A stretch of DNA of 64,000 nt from an uncultured bacterium (GCA_963789635.1 CAWBLF010000003.1:140364-204363); one strand, 5' to 3'. Positions 41,535 to 55,100 are shown, numbered from the stretch's first letter. The notes: a model not told the origin generated them from the sequence alone. Program-made: numbers and translations.

Positions 41535-44500
41535 ATGCAAACAAAAACTGCAAAGCGAGAGAAAAAGTATTTTAGCAAGTTTAGAGAGCCTCTCACGCAA
41601 ATTCCGAATCTGGTGACGCCCCAGATAGAATCATTTGAATGGCTAAAGAAGGAAGGTTTGAAAGAAGTGTTTCAAGAATTTTCTTCAATCAAAGACTTTT
41701 CTGAAAAAAAGTTTACTTTGGATTTTGTCAGTTTTGAACTTTCCGAACCGAAATACGATGAGTATTATGCCAAGGAAAATAAACTTTCTTATGAAGCGCC
41801 TCTCAAGGTAAAAGTCCGTCTTGAAAACCATATAGTAAAAAGCATCAAAGAGCAGGAAATCTTTATGGCTGATTTTCCTCTTATGACATCGCACGGAACT
41901 TTTGTGATTTCGGGTATTGAGCGTGTCGTGGTGCCACAACTCGCCAGAACATTCGGTATCTCATTTACCCTTCAGGAAATTCGCGGGCGTAGACTTTTTG
42001 GAGCAAAAATTATCCCATCCAGGGGCGCTTGGATTGAAATTGAGACAGACGCAGAAGGCACTATTTTTGTGCGTATAGACAAAAAACGCAAGTTTCCGGT
42101 GACCACGCTCTTGCGCGCATTTGGCGTAAAAAACGACAAGGAGATTTTGGATTTGTTTGCAAAAGTTGAAGGCGCCAAACCGATGATTGAAAAGACTCTT
42201 GCAAAAGACCACACAAAGTCGCCGGATGATGCTTATGTCGATATTCACAAAAAGCTACGCGATGGCGACTTGGCTACAGCAGAAAACGCGAAAGAATTTT
42301 TTGAATCAATCTTCGGCACGGAGCGTTATGACCTTTCAAAAGTGGGTAGATTCCGCTTCAACAACCGTTTTGATAAATCTATGACCGACAAGGAGATGGA
42401 TCGTCGCACTCTCTCGCTCGATGATTTGGTAACTATTGTTTCTCACACGATTCACCTCAATGTCACTCCCGGTTCTGATTCAGACGATATTGACCACCTC
42501 GGTAGTCGCCGAGTGCGATTCGTCGGAGAAATGTTTCAGCAGAAGATCCGTGTCGGTATGTCGCAGATTAAGCGAAATGTACAAAACCGCATGTCTACTG
42601 TAGATACCGATGTCACGTTGCCTGTGAATTTCATCAGTCCCAAACCATTGCAGGCCAGAATGAAGGAGTTTTTTACCACAAACCAACTCTCACAGTTTAT
42701 GGCCCAAGAAAATGCTTTGCAGGAAATTGAACACCTCCGTACTTTGTCGGCATTGGGTGCAGGAGGTCTCAACCGCGCCCGCGCCGGATTTGAAGTTCGC
42801 GACGTGCACCCGTCTCATTACGGCCGTCTTTGCCCGATTCAAACACCGGAAGGTCCAAACATTGGTCTTATTTTGCGCTTGGCCACTTATGCTCGCATAA
42901 ACCACTTCGGCATGATAGAAACTCCGTACGCAAAAGTGAAAAACGGAAAATTGACCGGAGAAATTGAATTTTTAAACGCCCTTGAAGAAGAAAAATTCTA
43001 TATCACACACGCGGCTACTCCTTATGACGCTGACGGAAAAATCACCTTGGAAGAAGTGGAGGTTCGTTTTGAAGGGAAACCAACATCAATAGAAAAAGGG
43101 AAGGTGGATTATATGGATGTCGCCGCCAACCAAGCATTTTCTATCGCCCCTTCAATGATTCCTTTTTTGAATCACGATGACGCAAGCCGAGCTCTTATGG
43201 GATCGAACATGCAACGCCAGGCGACCCCATGCATTATCCCCGAAGCTCCGCTAGTGGCTACCGGTATTGAAGGGGCGGCTGTTCGTGACACGGGTAGACT
43301 TATCGTGGCGACAGAAGCCGGCACGGTGACGCATTTGGATGGTAGGAGAATTTGCGTGAAGAACGACAAGGGTAAAGAAAAAGAATATAAACTTGTGACT
43401 TTTTCAAGAACAAATGGATTCACGGTATTTCACCAACGTCCGTCTGTGGAGCTTGGAGACCACGTAAAAAAGGGTCAGGTATTGGCCGATACTTCTACAT
43501 CTGAGCACGGTGAAATGGCAATCGGGCAAAACATACTGGTTGCCTTTATGAGTTGGTCCGGGTCAAACTATGAAGACGCAATTATTGTGTCGGAGCGTTT
43601 GGTAAAAGAAAGTAAATTTACATCAATCCATCTTGAAGAATTTGTGGTTAATGTGCGGGAAACCAAACTCGGTCCGGAAGTCACGACTTGTGATATTCCA
43701 AATGTCGGAGAGGCAAAACTTCGCAACTTGGCGGAAGACGGCATTGTCCGTGTGGGAGCGGAAGTTCGTTCCGGAGATATTCTTGTCGGAAAGATTACTC
43801 CGAAGGGAGAAACCCAACTTACTCCCGAAGAAAGACTTCTTCGATCTCTCTTTGGTGAGAAAGCTCGTGATGTCAAAGATACCTCAAAACGTATGGAGGG
43901 AGGCAAGCGGGGCAGAGTGATTTCTGTTCAAATTTTCTCGCGTGAGAAAGGAGACAAACTTGAGAGTGGAATAATTAAACGCATACACATTGAGGTAGCA
44001 CAGTTGCGCACTGTCTCCGTGGGGGACAAATTGGCAGGACGACACGGCAACAAAGGAGTCATTTCTCGCATCCTGCCGGAAGAAGATATGCCGTATATGG
44101 CCGACGGGACTCCGATTGATATTATTTTGACACCCTTGGGTGTGCCGTCCCGCATGAACCTTGGACAGATTCTTGAAATGCACCTTGGTTTGGCGGCGCA
44201 CACTCTAAACTACCAAGCGATCGTTCCTCCTTTTATGGGAGCGACCGATACCGAAATAAAAGAAGAACTTGTAAAAGCGGGTTTCGCATCCGACGGCAAA
44301 ATGACTTTGTACGACGGCAGAACCGGACAGGAATTTAATCAAAAAGTGGCAGTCGGATATATGTATATATTGAAACTTCACCATATGGTGGAAGACAAGA
44401 TTCATATGCGTTCCATTGGGCCGTATTCTCTTATCACTCAGCAACCGCTAGGAGGCAAGGCTCAGGGAGGAGGTCAACGATTTGGAGAAATGGAAGTGTG

Positions 44501-44735
44501 GGCGCTTCTCGGTCATGGCGCGGCATACACGTTGCGTGAAATGCTCACCATTAAGTCAGACGATATTTTGGGACGATCGGCAGCTTTTGATGCCATTGTA
44601 AAAGGTGAAAAGATAACTCAACTCAATACACCGGCGTCGTTTAGCGTGCTTCTAAACAATTTGCGAGGTTTGGCTCTTGATGTTCAGTTGGAAGAAGGAT
44701 CTGGGTCGACAGACGAAGAAGAATCAGAAGGTTAA
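41535..44735 (+). CDS. rpoB: DNA-directed RNA polymerase beta subunit
   Basis: 1066 aa with GSNMQRQA, NYEDAI, GDKLAGRHGNKGV and QRFGEMEVWAL motifs. Confidence 0.97.
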   Translation: MQTKTAKREKKYFSKFREPLTQIPNLVTPQIESFEWLKKEGLKEVFQEFSSIKDFSEKKFTLDFVSFELSEPKYDEYYAKENKLSYEAPLKVKVRLENHIVKSIKEQEIFMADFPLMTSHGTFVISGIERVVVPQLARTFGISFTLQEIRGRRLFGAKIIPSRGAWIEIETDAEGTIFVRIDKKRKFPVTTLLRAFGVKNDKEILDLFAKVEGAKPMIEKTLAKDHTKSPDDAYVDIHKKLRDGDLATAENAKEFFESIFGTERYDLSKVGRFRFNNRFDKSMTDKEMDRRTLSLDDLVTIVSHTIHLNVTPGSDSDDIDHLGSRRVRFVGEMFQQKIRVGMSQIKRNVQNRMSTVDTDVTLPVNFISPKPLQARMKEFFTTNQLSQFMAQENALQEIEHLRTLSALGAGGLNRARAGFEVRDVHPSHYGRLCPIQTPEGPNIGLILRLATYARINHFGMIETPYAKVKNGKLTGEIEFLNALEEEKFYITHAATPYDADGKITLEEVEVRFEGKPTSIEKGKVDYMDVAANQAFSIAPSMIPFLNHDDASRALMGSNMQRQATPCIIPEAPLVATGIEGAAVRDTGRLIVATEAGTVTHLDGRRICVKNDKGKEKEYKLVTFSRTNGFTVFHQRPSVELGDHVKKGQVLADTSTSEHGEMAIGQNILVAFMSWSGSNYEDAIIVSERLVKESKFTSIHLEEFVVNVRETKLGPEVTTCDIPNVGEAKLRNLAEDGIVRVGAEVRSGDILVGKITPKGETQLTPEERLLRSLFGEKARDVKDTSKRMEGGKRGRVISVQIFSREKGDKLESGIIKRIHIEVAQLRTVSVGDKLAGRHGNKGVISRILPEEDMPYMADGTPIDIILTPLGVPSRMNLGQILEMHLGLAAHTLNYQAIVPPFMGATDTEIKEELVKAGFASDGKMTLYDGRTGQEFNQKVAVGYMYILKLHHMVEDKIHMRSIGPYSLITQQPLGGKAQGGGQRFGEMEVWALLGHGAAYTLREMLTIKSDDILGRSAAFDAIVKGEKITQLNTPASFSVLLNNLRGLALDVQLEEGSGSTDEEESEG

Positions 44736-44767
44736 TTCATATTTATTTAAATTTTTAAATTATCACT

Positions 44768-47700
44768 ATGGAAACAAAATACACAGAAAGAAACAAGGAA
44801 CGCCAAGCAAGTGCTTTTGGCGCGCCTCGTGGTCCACGGGGGAAAAATATGAGTGCTGTTCCTTTTGATTCGATCAGTATGAAGCTTGCAAGTCCTGAAC
44901 GTATCAAGGAATGGTCTTCAGGAGAAGTCACCAAACCTGAGACTATCAACTATCGCACCCAACGCAGTGAGCGAAACGGTTTGTTTGACGAAAAAATATT
45001 CGGTCCGGACAAGGATTACGAGTGTTATTGCGGTAAATACAGAGGTATTCGCTACAAGGGTATCATTTGTGAAAAATGCGGAGTGGAGATAACTCGTTCT
45101 ATCGTTCGTCGTGAACGTATGGGCCACATTGAACTTGCCACTCCCGTGTCGCATATTTGGTTTTTGAAATCAATGCCATCAAGACTTTCCCTTATAATGG
45201 GTATTCCTTCTGCCGATCTTGAAAAAGTAATTTATTTTGCCGGTTACATCATCACCGGAGTTTCCGAAGCAGAAAAAACCAGAATTCTTAAAGATCTTGA
45301 TTCGGAATACAAAACAAAAATTAAAAATCTTCAGGATGAGAAGTCCAAAGAAGCGCTCAAGGAATTGATGACCAGCGCCAAGCGCGATATTGAGTCTATT
45401 GTTGTTGGCAAGGTATTGGATGAAGTCCTATATCACGCGTATTCAATGAAATATTCCACTTTGTTTGAGGCGGGGATTGGCGCTGAAGCAATTTATGACA
45501 TTCTCAAAAATGTAGATTTGCAGAAGTTGTTGGTAAAACTAAACGAAAGTACCGAGAAAGCAAGCGCGCTTGAGACTCCCAAACTCAACAAACGAATCAG
45601 TCTTGTTCAACAAATGATAAAAAGTGGGGTTCGTCCGGAATGGATGTTCTTGACCCGTATTCCGGTAATTCCTCCAGCCCTAAGACCGATGGTGCCTCTA
45701 GATGGCGGTCGCTATGCCACTTCCGATGTCAACGATCTATATCGTCGCGTTATCAACCGTAACAATCGTTTGAAAAAACTAAAAGATATTTTTGCGCCGG
45801 ATGTCATTCTTAGAAATGAAAAAAGAATTCTGCAGGAAGCAGTAGATGCTCTCATCGACAACTCTATTCGTCATGGAGGCGCGGCAGGGTCTCAGGGCAA
45901 TCAACTTCAACGAAGACCCCTAAAATCGCTATCAGACAATCTCAAAGGTAAGCGAGGTCTGTTTAGACAAAACTTGCTTGGTAAACGAGTGGACTATTCC
46001 GGCAGATCCGTGATTGTCGTAGGTCCAGAACTTCTCATTCATGAATGCGGGCTACCAAAACACATGGCACTTGAATTGTTTAAGCCGTTTGTCATATCTT
46101 CACTTCTAAAAAAGGAGTTGGCATACAACATACGCGGTGCCAGTCGTCTTATCGAAGACGGAATTCCCGAAGTTTGGGCAATTCTCGAAGAGGTGATCAA
46201 AGGCAAATATGTTCTATTGAATCGCGCGCCGACTCTTCACCGCCTAGGTATTCAGGCCTTTAAACCGGTTTTGATTGAAGGTAATGCCATCCAAGTGCAC
46301 CCGCTTGTTTGTACCGCATTCAACGCCGATTTCGACGGTGACCAAATGGCCGTGCATGTTCCACTTTCCGAGGAAGCCCAGATGGAAGCAAAGGAAATTA
46401 TGGCCTCCGATAAAAATATATTGAAACCCGGAAATGGAGAACCGACAGTTGTGGCAAAAATGCTTGATATCGTTCTCGGATGTTATTGGATGACCAAGCT
46501 TGTGGAAGGTGAAAAAGGCGAGGGTAAATTCTTCAGTTCGCCGAATAGTGCCATAACAGCTTTTGATTTTGGAGAAGTGGGTCTGAGGGCTTCAATCAAA
46601 GTCATCGGGACCGATAGCTTGAAATACAAACAATTTGAAGGAAAATTATTTGAGACGACTGTTGGTCGGCTATTTTTCAACAGTGTTTTGCCTTCTGATT
46701 ATCCGTATATCAACGATGTCATTGAACGTAAAAAAATGGGGGTGTTGGTTGATGATCTTATTGAACGATACGGTGTGAATAATGTCCCGTCTATTCTCGA
46801 CAAAATCAAGGCATTCGGTTTCAAATACACCACTTATTCGGGAATTACCTGGGGCATCGATGATGTGAAGATTCCACAAGGCAAAGATCCGATCATCAAA
46901 GGGGCTAAAGAGAAGTCGGAGGAAGTAACCAAACAGTTCAACATGGGTCTACTTTCCGAAGAGGAACGTTTGAGAAAACACATTGAGGTTTGGCATGAAG
47001 CCAAAAGTGAGGTGGAAAAGCTTGTCCCAGACACCCTTAATCCAAATAGTTCAGTCTTTGACATGCTCAAGTCAGGCGCCAGAGGATCGGTGTCACAGCT
47101 TACCCAAATGGCCGGTATGAAAGGTTTGATTACAAATACCTCAGGAGAAACTATAGAATTTCCGATTGTTTCTTGCTCGAAAGAAGGTTTGACTCCTCTT
47201 GAATATTTCATCACCACTCACGGTTCTCGTAAGGGTCTTACCGACACCGCTCTCAATACAGCCAAAGCCGGGTATCTGACTCGCCGACTGTTCGACGTAG
47301 CTCAAGACGCTATTATTACCGAAGAAGATTGTGGCACCAAAGATTTTATCGTAATTAGCAAAATCAACGCGGTAGGGCTTGAGACATCACTGGCAAAAAA
47401 TATCAATGGTCGCTTCTTGGCTGCCGACGTTACTGCAGAGGATGGCGAAGTGCTTTTCAAAAAAGGCCATCTGGTTACCAAAAAGGATTCACAACTTATC
47501 GAGTCAAAAAATGTAAATAACGTTTCTGTCCGTTCACCACTTACCTGTAAAACTCTTCAGGGAGTGTGCGTGAAGTGCTATGGTTTGGATTTGGGCAAAC
47601 ACACCGTTATCGATGTGGGAGAAGCGGTAGGAACTGTAGCGGCACAAGCCATCGGAGAACCAGGGGTACAGCTCACAATGAGAACTTTCCACGCCGGTGG

Positions 47701-48466
47701 TACCGCGTCTGTCGGAGGGGATATTACCTCAGGTCTTCCTCGTGTGGAAGAAGTGTTTGAAAATCGTACTCCAAAGAACCCGGCTATTGTTTCTCATGTC
47801 GATGGTACGGTGACGGATATTATTAAAGAGGGATCGGATAAGACGATTGTTATTTTGCCGGATGAGAAATCAAAAGTTAAGGATAAGGTTGAATATTCTG
47901 TAAATGCCGCGCGCATGATTCTCATCAAGAAGGGAGATTCGGTCAAATGTGGAGAACTCCTGACTGACGGATCTGCTGATGTGGACGAACTCTTCAAATA
48001 TGCAGGGAAAGAAGTCGCTCAGAATTATATTATTCGTGAAATCTCCAAGCCTTACGAGCTACAAGGAGAAGCGGTGTCGCGAAAACACATCGAGGTTATC
48101 GTAAAGCAAATGTTTTCTCGCAGTAAAGTGAAAAATGCCGGAAGCAGTGGTCTTGTGCACGGTGATGTGGTAGACGCGTTGGAATTGATAAAGACTCAAG
48201 AAGAGGCCAAAGAGAGCGGAAAGGAAGCAATCACAGTGGAACCCACCCTTATGGGAATTACGGAAGTATCCCTTTCACGAAAGAGTTTCCTTTCGGCCGC
48301 ATCGTTTCAACACACTACACGTGTTCTCATCGCCTCCGCGATTAGAGGTGTAAACGACAAACTTGTAGGTCTCAAAGAAAACGTTATTGTCGGACGTCTT
48401 ATTCCGGCAGGTACTGGTTTCAAAGGAAGTGAAAAATTTGAGATGATAGAAAGAATGGAAAAGTAG
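44768..48466 (+). CDS. rpoC: DNA-directed RNA polymerase beta' subunit
   Basis: 1232 aa. Zinc motif CYCGKY...C.KCGVE, catalytic [14 protein letters not shown], and the trigger loop/bridge helix region. The start could be the internal ATG at 44846. Confidence 0.97.
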   Translation: METKYTERNKERQASAFGAPRGPRGKNMSAVPFDSISMKLASPERIKEWSSGEVTKPETINYRTQRSERNGLFDEKIFGPDKDYECYCGKYRGIRYKGIICEKCGVEITRSIVRRERMGHIELATPVSHIWFLKSMPSRLSLIMGIPSADLEKVIYFAGYIITGVSEAEKTRILKDLDSEYKTKIKNLQDEKSKEALKELMTSAKRDIESIVVGKVLDEVLYHAYSMKYSTLFEAGIGAEAIYDILKNVDLQKLLVKLNESTEKASALETPKLNKRISLVQQMIKSGVRPEWMFLTRIPVIPPALRPMVPLDGGRYATSDVNDLYRRVINRNNRLKKLKDIFAPDVILRNEKRILQEAVDALIDNSIRHGGAAGSQGNQLQRRPLKSLSDNLKGKRGLFRQNLLGKRVDYSGRSVIVVGPELLIHECGLPKHMALELFKPFVISSLLKKELAYNIRGASRLIEDGIPEVWAILEEVIKGKYVLLNRAPTLHRLGIQAFKPVLIEGNAIQVHPLVCTAFNADFDGDQMAVHVPLSEEAQMEAKEIMASDKNILKPGNGEPTVVAKMLDIVLGCYWMTKLVEGEKGEGKFFSSPNSAITAFDFGEVGLRASIKVIGTDSLKYKQFEGKLFETTVGRLFFNSVLPSDYPYINDVIERKKMGVLVDDLIERYGVNNVPSILDKIKAFGFKYTTYSGITWGIDDVKIPQGKDPIIKGAKEKSEEVTKQFNMGLLSEEERLRKHIEVWHEAKSEVEKLVPDTLNPNSSVFDMLKSGARGSVSQLTQMAGMKGLITNTSGETIEFPIVSCSKEGLTPLEYFITTHGSRKGLTDTALNTAKAGYLTRRLFDVAQDAIITEEDCGTKDFIVISKINAVGLETSLAKNINGRFLAADVTAEDGEVLFKKGHLVTKKDSQLIESKNVNNVSVRSPLTCKTLQGVCVKCYGLDLGKHTVIDVGEAVGTVAAQAIGEPGVQLTMRTFHAGGTASVGGDITSGLPRVEEVFENRTPKNPAIVSHVDGTVTDIIKEGSDKTIVILPDEKSKVKDKVEYSVNAARMILIKKGDSVKCGELLTDGSADVDELFKYAGKEVAQNYIIREISKPYELQGEAVSRKHIEVIVKQMFSRSKVKNAGSSGLVHGDVVDALELIKTQEEAKESGKEAITVEPTLMGITEVSLSRKSFLSAASFQHTTRVLIASAIRGVNDKLVGLKENVIVGRLIPAGTGFKGSEKFEMIERMEK

Positions 48467-48532
48467 AAGAAGAGGTTTCTCGGTCGCTGTTTTGGTTTTT
48501 TGGAAAATTGGATATTAATAATTTTCTTAAAA

Positions 48533-50296
48533 ATGTCCTCATCTTCATCTTCTGTAGAAAAAATAAAGGAAAAACTTGACATTGTAGATGTCGTCGGCTC
48601 ATACATAAAACTCGACAAAGCCGGCGCGAGCTACAAAGGAAAGTGTCCATTTCACAACGAAAAAACCCCGTCCTTTTTTGTTTCGCCTTCACGAGGAACC
48701 TATTATTGTTTCGGTTGTGGCGCCAAGGGAGATATCTTTACGTTTGTGGAAGAATTTGAAGGCCTTGATTTTGTCGGTGCTTTGAAACTTCTTGCCACCC
48801 GAGCGGGTGTGACTTTGGAAGATTTTCCGAAGAAAGACGGCGACCTAAAAGAAAAACTTTTTGCGATTTTGGATGAAGCAACCAAATTCTTTGAAAACGG
48901 TCTCAAGGGAGCGACGGATATCCGCAAATATTTGCATAAACGCGGGTTATCCGATGAAACAATCGCGTCTTGGAGAATCGGGTATGTGGCAAAAGATTGG
49001 AGACTTTTGTATACTCACCTAAAAGAAAAAGGGATATCCGATGCCGATATGCTTTCTGTCGGTTTAATCAAAAAAACCGACAAGACAGTGGAAAGTGGAG
49101 CGGGATATTATGATGTTTTCAGAGGGAGGATTATGTTCCCAATATTTGATACTTCGGGAAGGGTCATTGCCTTCAGCGGAAGGATAGTGGAAGATGACCC
49201 AAACGCGCCGAAATATCTTAATAGTCCGGAGACATCGCTTTTCAATAAATCAGAAACATTATATGGACTCGATAGAGCAAAATTGGCCATTCGTAAAAAG
49301 GATTATTCCATACTTGTGGAAGGCCAGCTCGATATTCTGATGTGTCACCAATCCGGCTTTGATAACACAGTAGCTTCGTCTGGTACGGCAATTACAGCTA
49401 AACATTTGGAAAAATTAAAACGTCTTTCCAATAGAATTATTCTTGCTTTTGATTCGGATAAGGCCGGTTTTGCCGCCGCCAACAAAAGCTCAGTTTTGGC
49501 TCTTTCTCTTGGTATGGAAGTAAAAATTGCGGAAATGCCCAAGGGCAGTGATCCGGCTGAACTAATCTTAAGTGATGTTTCATTGTGGAAGGAGTCTTTG
49601 CGCGGAAGTAAACACCTAATTGATTTCTATATGGACAGGCTTATAAGCGCAAATACCGATAAACGAGCGTTGGCGAAAGAAATTGAAAAAAAAGTTTTAC
49701 CTTATATAGCCCTCCTAAGTAGCGCGATTGAACAATCACACTTTGTCAGTCAGGTTTCCAAAAAAGCTGGTATAAGGGAAGAGGCCATTTGGAATGATCT
49801 CAAGGTTTTGCCGAAAGGTTTGCCGGATATGAGCAACACGGAATCCGACAAAAAAATAATTGTGGATGCGGAAGTATCCGTAAGAAAGAATTATATAGAT
49901 CGGCACCTTGCAGGTATTTTGTATTGGCAACAGAACGAAAAAGAAGCCTCTAGTAAAAAAATTATCAATAAAATCATTGATGAACTCACCAGAATTAAAG
50001 GAGATGGGTATCAGAAAGAACTTTTAAAAAAATTTAACGACAAAAAGGATGAGCTTATTTTTGAAGTTGAATCTTATTATCAATCACCAAAAATGCTTGA
50101 GACCGGATTGAACGAGCTATTGGAGAATTTTGAAGAAGATAGTTTGCGCGACGAATTTGTAGAAGCAATGGGGGAACTAGAGATGGCAGAAAAATCACAC
50201 GACGGGAAAAAAGCGGAGGTTTTGCTAGCAAAATGCCAAGTTATATCGACCAAACTTGCAGAATTATCAAAAGAGCGCGCGAAGGAGGCATTGTAG
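48533..50296 (+). CDS. dnaG: DNA primase
   Basis: Zinc ribbon CPFHNEKTPSF...CFGCG and a TOPRIM region EGQLD...D.D.AG. I chose the ATG at 48533. Confidence 0.9.
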   Translation: MSSSSSSVEKIKEKLDIVDVVGSYIKLDKAGASYKGKCPFHNEKTPSFFVSPSRGTYYCFGCGAKGDIFTFVEEFEGLDFVGALKLLATRAGVTLEDFPKKDGDLKEKLFAILDEATKFFENGLKGATDIRKYLHKRGLSDETIASWRIGYVAKDWRLLYTHLKEKGISDADMLSVGLIKKTDKTVESGAGYYDVFRGRIMFPIFDTSGRVIAFSGRIVEDDPNAPKYLNSPETSLFNKSETLYGLDRAKLAIRKKDYSILVEGQLDILMCHQSGFDNTVASSGTAITAKHLEKLKRLSNRIILAFDSDKAGFAAANKSSVLALSLGMEVKIAEMPKGSDPAELILSDVSLWKESLRGSKHLIDFYMDRLISANTDKRALAKEIEKKVLPYIALLSSAIEQSHFVSQVSKKAGIREEAIWNDLKVLPKGLPDMSNTESDKKIIVDAEVSVRKNYIDRHLAGILYWQQNEKEASSKKIINKIIDELTRIKGDGYQKELLKKFNDKKDELIFEVESYYQSPKMLETGLNELLENFEEDSLRDEFVEAMGELEMAEKSHDGKKAEVLLAKCQVISTKLAELSKERAKEAL

Positions 50297-50333
50297 ACAA
50301 GCAATTATTATTTTGTACAATTAACCCACTTTT

Positions 50334-51581
50334 ATGACAAAAAAAACAAAAAAAATCACAAAAAAGAGTCGAGCCTCCAGGAGAGCAAGCAATGAGAAGG
50401 CGCGAGCGCTCAAGTTGGCCAGAACGGTAAAACCAAAAGGAAACAAAATTTTGAGAAAAGGCGTTAAAGGCAAACCCCAATCAAAGAGAAATCAAAAAAA
50501 ACTTGAAGAAATCGAGGTCAAGACACAGCGACTACTTGAGCGTGGCCGAGCCCGGGGTTTTGTAACTTATGATGAAATCCTCAAGGAATTTCCGACAATT
50601 GAAGACAACATCATTCTCCTTGAAGAATTGTATGAAAAGCTAAACACCGCAGGAACCGATATTTTGGAAGGGGGAGGGTTGCTCGACGTGCCACACGAGG
50701 AAGAAAAACTTCCGGGCAAAAAATATGAATATGGAAAAAGCGAATCATCATATGATTCCATCCAAATGTATCTCAAGGAAATCGGTCAGTATCCTCTTAT
50801 TTCCGGAGGGATGGAAAAGGAGTTGGCAAAACGCATTGAAGCCGGAGATATAGAAGCCAAAAATTTATTGGCAAGAGCTAATCTTCGTTTGGTAGTTTCA
50901 ATCGCCAAGAAATACGTCGGTCGCAGTCCAGACCTGACACTTCTAGACCTGATTCAAGAAGGGAATCTGGGTCTCTTCAAGGCGGTAGACAAGTTTGACT
51001 GGACCAAAGGATATAAGTTTTCCACTTACGCTACGTGGTGGATTCGCCAAGCCATTACCCGCGCCTTGGCCGATCAATCTCGCACAATTCGTGTACCGGT
51101 ACACATGGTGGAAACAATTGCCAAATACAAACAAGTGGTTCGCAGGCTAACGCAGGATCTTGGTCGTGACCCACTGCCCGAAGAAATTGCCACGGAAATG
51201 AATCTCGATGTGGAGAAAATTTATAATATTGAAAAAATTGATCAAGGCACCGTGTCATTAGAAAGCCCGGTAGGGGATGAGGGTGACGATGGCAAGAGTA
51301 AGTTGGGAGATTTTCTTGCTGATGACAAGATATTATCGCCGGACAAAGAATCTTCGCAACGCATTATTGCCGATCAAGTGAGAGAAATATTAAATGATTT
51401 GCCGGTCAAAGAAAGAAAGATTCTTGAAATGCGCCACGGTCTGATAGATGGTTTTACTCATACCCTTGAAGAAGTGGGCAAAGTTTTTGGCGTCACTCGT
51501 GAACGTATCAGACAGATAGAAGCCAAGGCTCATGAGAAAATCCGCCAACACGAAAAGATAAACAGACTGAGTAATTATTAA
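50334..51581 (+). CDS. rpoD: RNA polymerase primary sigma factor (sigma-70 family) with a basic N-terminal extension
   Basis: Region 2 DLIQEGN.GL..AV.KFD...[16 protein letters not shown], region 3, and region 4 [17 protein letters not shown]. Confidence 0.92.
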   Translation: MTKKTKKITKKSRASRRASNEKARALKLARTVKPKGNKILRKGVKGKPQSKRNQKKLEEIEVKTQRLLERGRARGFVTYDEILKEFPTIEDNIILLEELYEKLNTAGTDILEGGGLLDVPHEEEKLPGKKYEYGKSESSYDSIQMYLKEIGQYPLISGGMEKELAKRIEAGDIEAKNLLARANLRLVVSIAKKYVGRSPDLTLLDLIQEGNLGLFKAVDKFDWTKGYKFSTYATWWIRQAITRALADQSRTIRVPVHMVETIAKYKQVVRRLTQDLGRDPLPEEIATEMNLDVEKIYNIEKIDQGTVSLESPVGDEGDDGKSKLGDFLADDKILSPDKESSQRIIADQVREILNDLPVKERKILEMRHGLIDGFTHTLEEVGKVFGVTRERIRQIEAKAHEKIRQHEKINRLSNY

Positions 51582-51585
51582 AAGT

Positions 51586-51613
51586 CAGGACGCCCGTTGA
51601 GGCGTCCTGTTTG
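51586..51613. terminator. bidirectional terminator hairpin between the convergent rpoD and 51638-52036 genes
   Basis: caggacgcc / cgttga / ggcgtcctg. tttgt follows on the plus strand and actttt on the minus strand. Confidence 0.7.
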
Positions 51614-51637
51614 TAAACTGACGTGTTGCCAAGATTG

Positions 51638-52036
51638 TCAGCATACCCTGATTACTCTTTGGTCTGGGCTCAACTTGAGTTTTATCGGATTATTGGGTTG
51701 GAGTTCATTGAAGGCTACTCCTTTTCCATTGGCCCACGTAATGATTCTGGTCGGTTTTTCACCTACTGTCGTCTCACTAGTGCTAACATCAGGCCACAAG
51801 ATAAATATGTCGTTTTCCTTCAATTCCGTGACGGTAAGGTAGCCGATGGGTGTAACTTCTTCGTGGTGACCGATAAAATGCAGTCGGCCACCTTTGTCGA
51901 TTGCATTTAACCCGAACATAGCGTCGTTCTCACCATCTGGTGTGTTATCCTCCAACACTTTTTTGACCTTATGCAAATCGTGCCCGTCGTGGATGAACCT
52001 ATCTCCAATAGCAAGTTCGTGGAATTTCATGTTCAT
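51638..52036 (-). CDS. hypothetical protein (orphan)
   Basis: 132-aa ORF on the opposite strand between rpoD and the helicase gene. No family recognised. Confidence 0.4.
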   Translation of the reverse strand: MNMKFHELAIGDRFIHDGHDLHKVKKVLEDNTPDGENDAMFGLNAIDKGGRLHFIGHHEEVTPIGYLTVTELKENDIFILWPDVSTSETTVGEKPTRIITWANGKGVAFNELQPNNPIKLKLSPDQRVIRVC

Positions 52037-52149
52037 CCCTCCGTGAGAGATTTTGTTTGTACTGTCCTTGTTTTAATATACAACTATGACTATGTAATAT
52101 CAAATTCAACACTATGGTTTGAAATTGAAAGTTTTGCTGTCGTGTTACA

Positions 52150-55100
52150 ATGTCCCAAATGATATCCCAGGCATTCAAAAAGGCATATAAAAATCTAAAT
52201 AAGGAACAAAAAGTGGCCGTAGATACGATTGAAGGGCCGGTAATGGTCATCGCCGGGCCGGGGACAGGTAAGACTTCCATACTGACACTTAGAATTGCAA
52301 ATATTTTGCAAAAAACCGACACTCCGGCCAGTGGCATTTTGGCGCTTACTTTTACGGACTCAGGCGTTCACTCGATGAGAAGAAAACTTGTCGGATACAT
52401 AGGTCCGTCGGCATACCGTGTCCACATCTATACCTTTCATAGTTTTGCCCAAGAAATTATTTCAAGATATCCGGAATATTTTCCTCGCATTATTGGCGGT
52501 GTTGTGGCGGGGGATAGCGAGAGATATCGTATTCTTGAAGAGGCAATTTTGTCCAAACCTTTCGAAATTATCAAACCGTTTGGCAAACCGGCACTGTACG
52601 TCCGCCCAGCTCTAAAGGCTATTGAAGATCTGAAGCGTGACGGTGTCAACGCGAGCATGTTTGAAGATATTTTGACAAAGGAAGAGAAAGATATTCTTTC
52701 AAGTAGTGATTTAAAGCACACTAAAGGCCGATTTAAAGGCAGTATCAAAAGAGAATATTCCGAAGCGTTGCGTAATAATGCAAAAAATAAAGAATTGGCG
52801 GAGCTGTATGACGAATATGAGAAGGCTCTTCACGAGCAGGGTTTGTATGATTATGCCGATATGCTTCTTGAGTTAGTGGGTTCGCTTGAGAAGCATCCGG
52901 ATCTTTTGCGAACTTTACAGGAAGAATACCTTTATGTATTGGCTGACGAGCATCAGGACGCAAACAATTCACAAAACAGAATTTTGGAATTGCTATCCGA
53001 CTATCGTGACACGCAAAACTTATTCATAGTCGGAGACGAAAAGCAGGCAATCTACAGGTTTCAGGGAGCATCGCTTGAAAATTTTTTGTATTTTCAAAAA
53101 AAATATCGTAACGCCACTGTAGTATTTTTGGACAGTAATTATCGTTCCACTCAAACAATTTTGGACGCATCGCACGAATTGATGATCTCTTCTGGTACTG
53201 ATCCGAAACTACGACCAAGACTAAAAAGTACCATGAAAAATGGCTCAACAGAGCCACCAATCAGCATTATCGATTTTGAAACCCGTGCGGATGAAGAAAT
53301 TGGAATTGCAAATGATATAAAATTAGCGATTAGTAGTGGCACGTTACCAACCGAAATTGCGGTACTTGCTCGCACCAATGCGGAAATTGTCTCTATAGGA
53401 AGGGCACTCGAAGAAATGTCCATACCAGCCACCCTTTTTACCGATGACGATGTCCTCTCCGACAGAGAAATTGCTAAATTGCTTCACCTTTTTCGTTCTA
53501 TTGTGTCCCCAGATAATGACGAACTGGTTGGTAGTGTGTTGTTTGTAGATTTTCTGGGCATTCATCCTGTCGATGCGGTGAAAATCAACAGATATGCCTT
53601 TGAACACCGCGTTTCTCCACTGGAATTGCTATCGAGCGACAAACTATCTAACGAACTTACTGACCCAAAGGCAGTCAAAAGTTTTATAAAACACTTTACA
53701 AATTGGATAATCAAGGCAAGAAATGAAAGCGCTATTGACTTGTTCCTTACAGTGATAAGCGAAACGGGGTTTCAAGAATATTTGTTAAAGAAAAAAGAAT
53801 CTTTGGAAAAAATTGAAAAATTAGCAAAGCTTTATGATGAAATGAATGTCTTTTTGACCGCGCACAAAGAAGCGACCCTAAAAGATTTTATGGATTCTCT
53901 GGATTTGCTAGTCAAACACGGTGGGTCCATTTCATTTTCACGACGGTCACTGGGTGCACAAGGAGTGTCCGTAATGACCGCTCATAAGTCAAAAGGTTTG
54001 GAATGGCAGAGAGTATATATAGCCAACGTTTCCGATACCGTCTGGGGCAATCGCCGAAGTGTGGGGAAATTTCGGTTGCCGGAACCATTCGACGGAGCCG
54101 AAGAAAGTGAACGCAATGAAGACGAAAGAAGACTTTTCTATGTTGCAATGACACGAGCAAAGGAGTATGTAATCATCACTTACGCAAAAACTGATGCCAG
54201 AGGAAAAGACAAGCTTATTTCGCAATTTGCCGAAGAACTGCCTTCCTCGCTTGTAATAAAGAAGTCAGGAGAATCCTCATCAAGTAACGATCGCATTTCA
54301 CGAGCGACAGCAGTTCATGACAGTGACGCTAGAACTGTTTTTGACAAGGAATACTTGCAAAAAATATTTTTGGACCAAGGGTTAAACGCTACAGCTCTAA
54401 ATAATTATCTTGATTGCCCCTGGAAGTATTTTTTTAAAAACCTGGTGCGTTTGCCCGATGCGCCGGAGCCATATTTGCACTATGGAAATGCTGTTCACTC
54501 GGCGCTCAAAGCTATGGGGGATTCAAAACGGGATGGCAAGAAGTTTACCGAAAAGGATTTTTTGAAAGTATTTGTAAGTGATCTGCATAGACAACCACTT
54601 TCAAAAAGTGATTTGGATTTTTGCATAAAAAGAGGTAAGAAAAATCTGCCAATCTATTTTAGAGCAAGAAATAAGGAGTGGCACAAAAACTCTTTTACTG
54701 AATATGCCATTGAGGGCGCGCACATTACTTTACCGGATAATGTCGAAATACTTTTGCGAGGAAGATTGGATAAATTGGAGATTTTGGAGGGCAATAAAGT
54801 CAATGTGGTTGATTACAAGACGGGTGGTTACAAGAGCAGAAACGAAATATTGGGTTTGACGCAAAGTTCTGACGGCAATATCAAACGTCAATTGGATTTT
54901 TACCGTTTATTGCTGTCGCTTCATGATCAACGCCGACCGGGGGAAGCCGGTCATTCCGATAAATATGAAATGGTAAGTGGCACCATTGAGTTTGTGGAAC
55001 CGGATGAAAAAGACAGACTTCATAGTGAAGTTTTTTTGATGACCGATGAAGATGGAATGAAAATCAAGGAAGAGGCGGTTAGAGTGGCGCAAGAAATTCT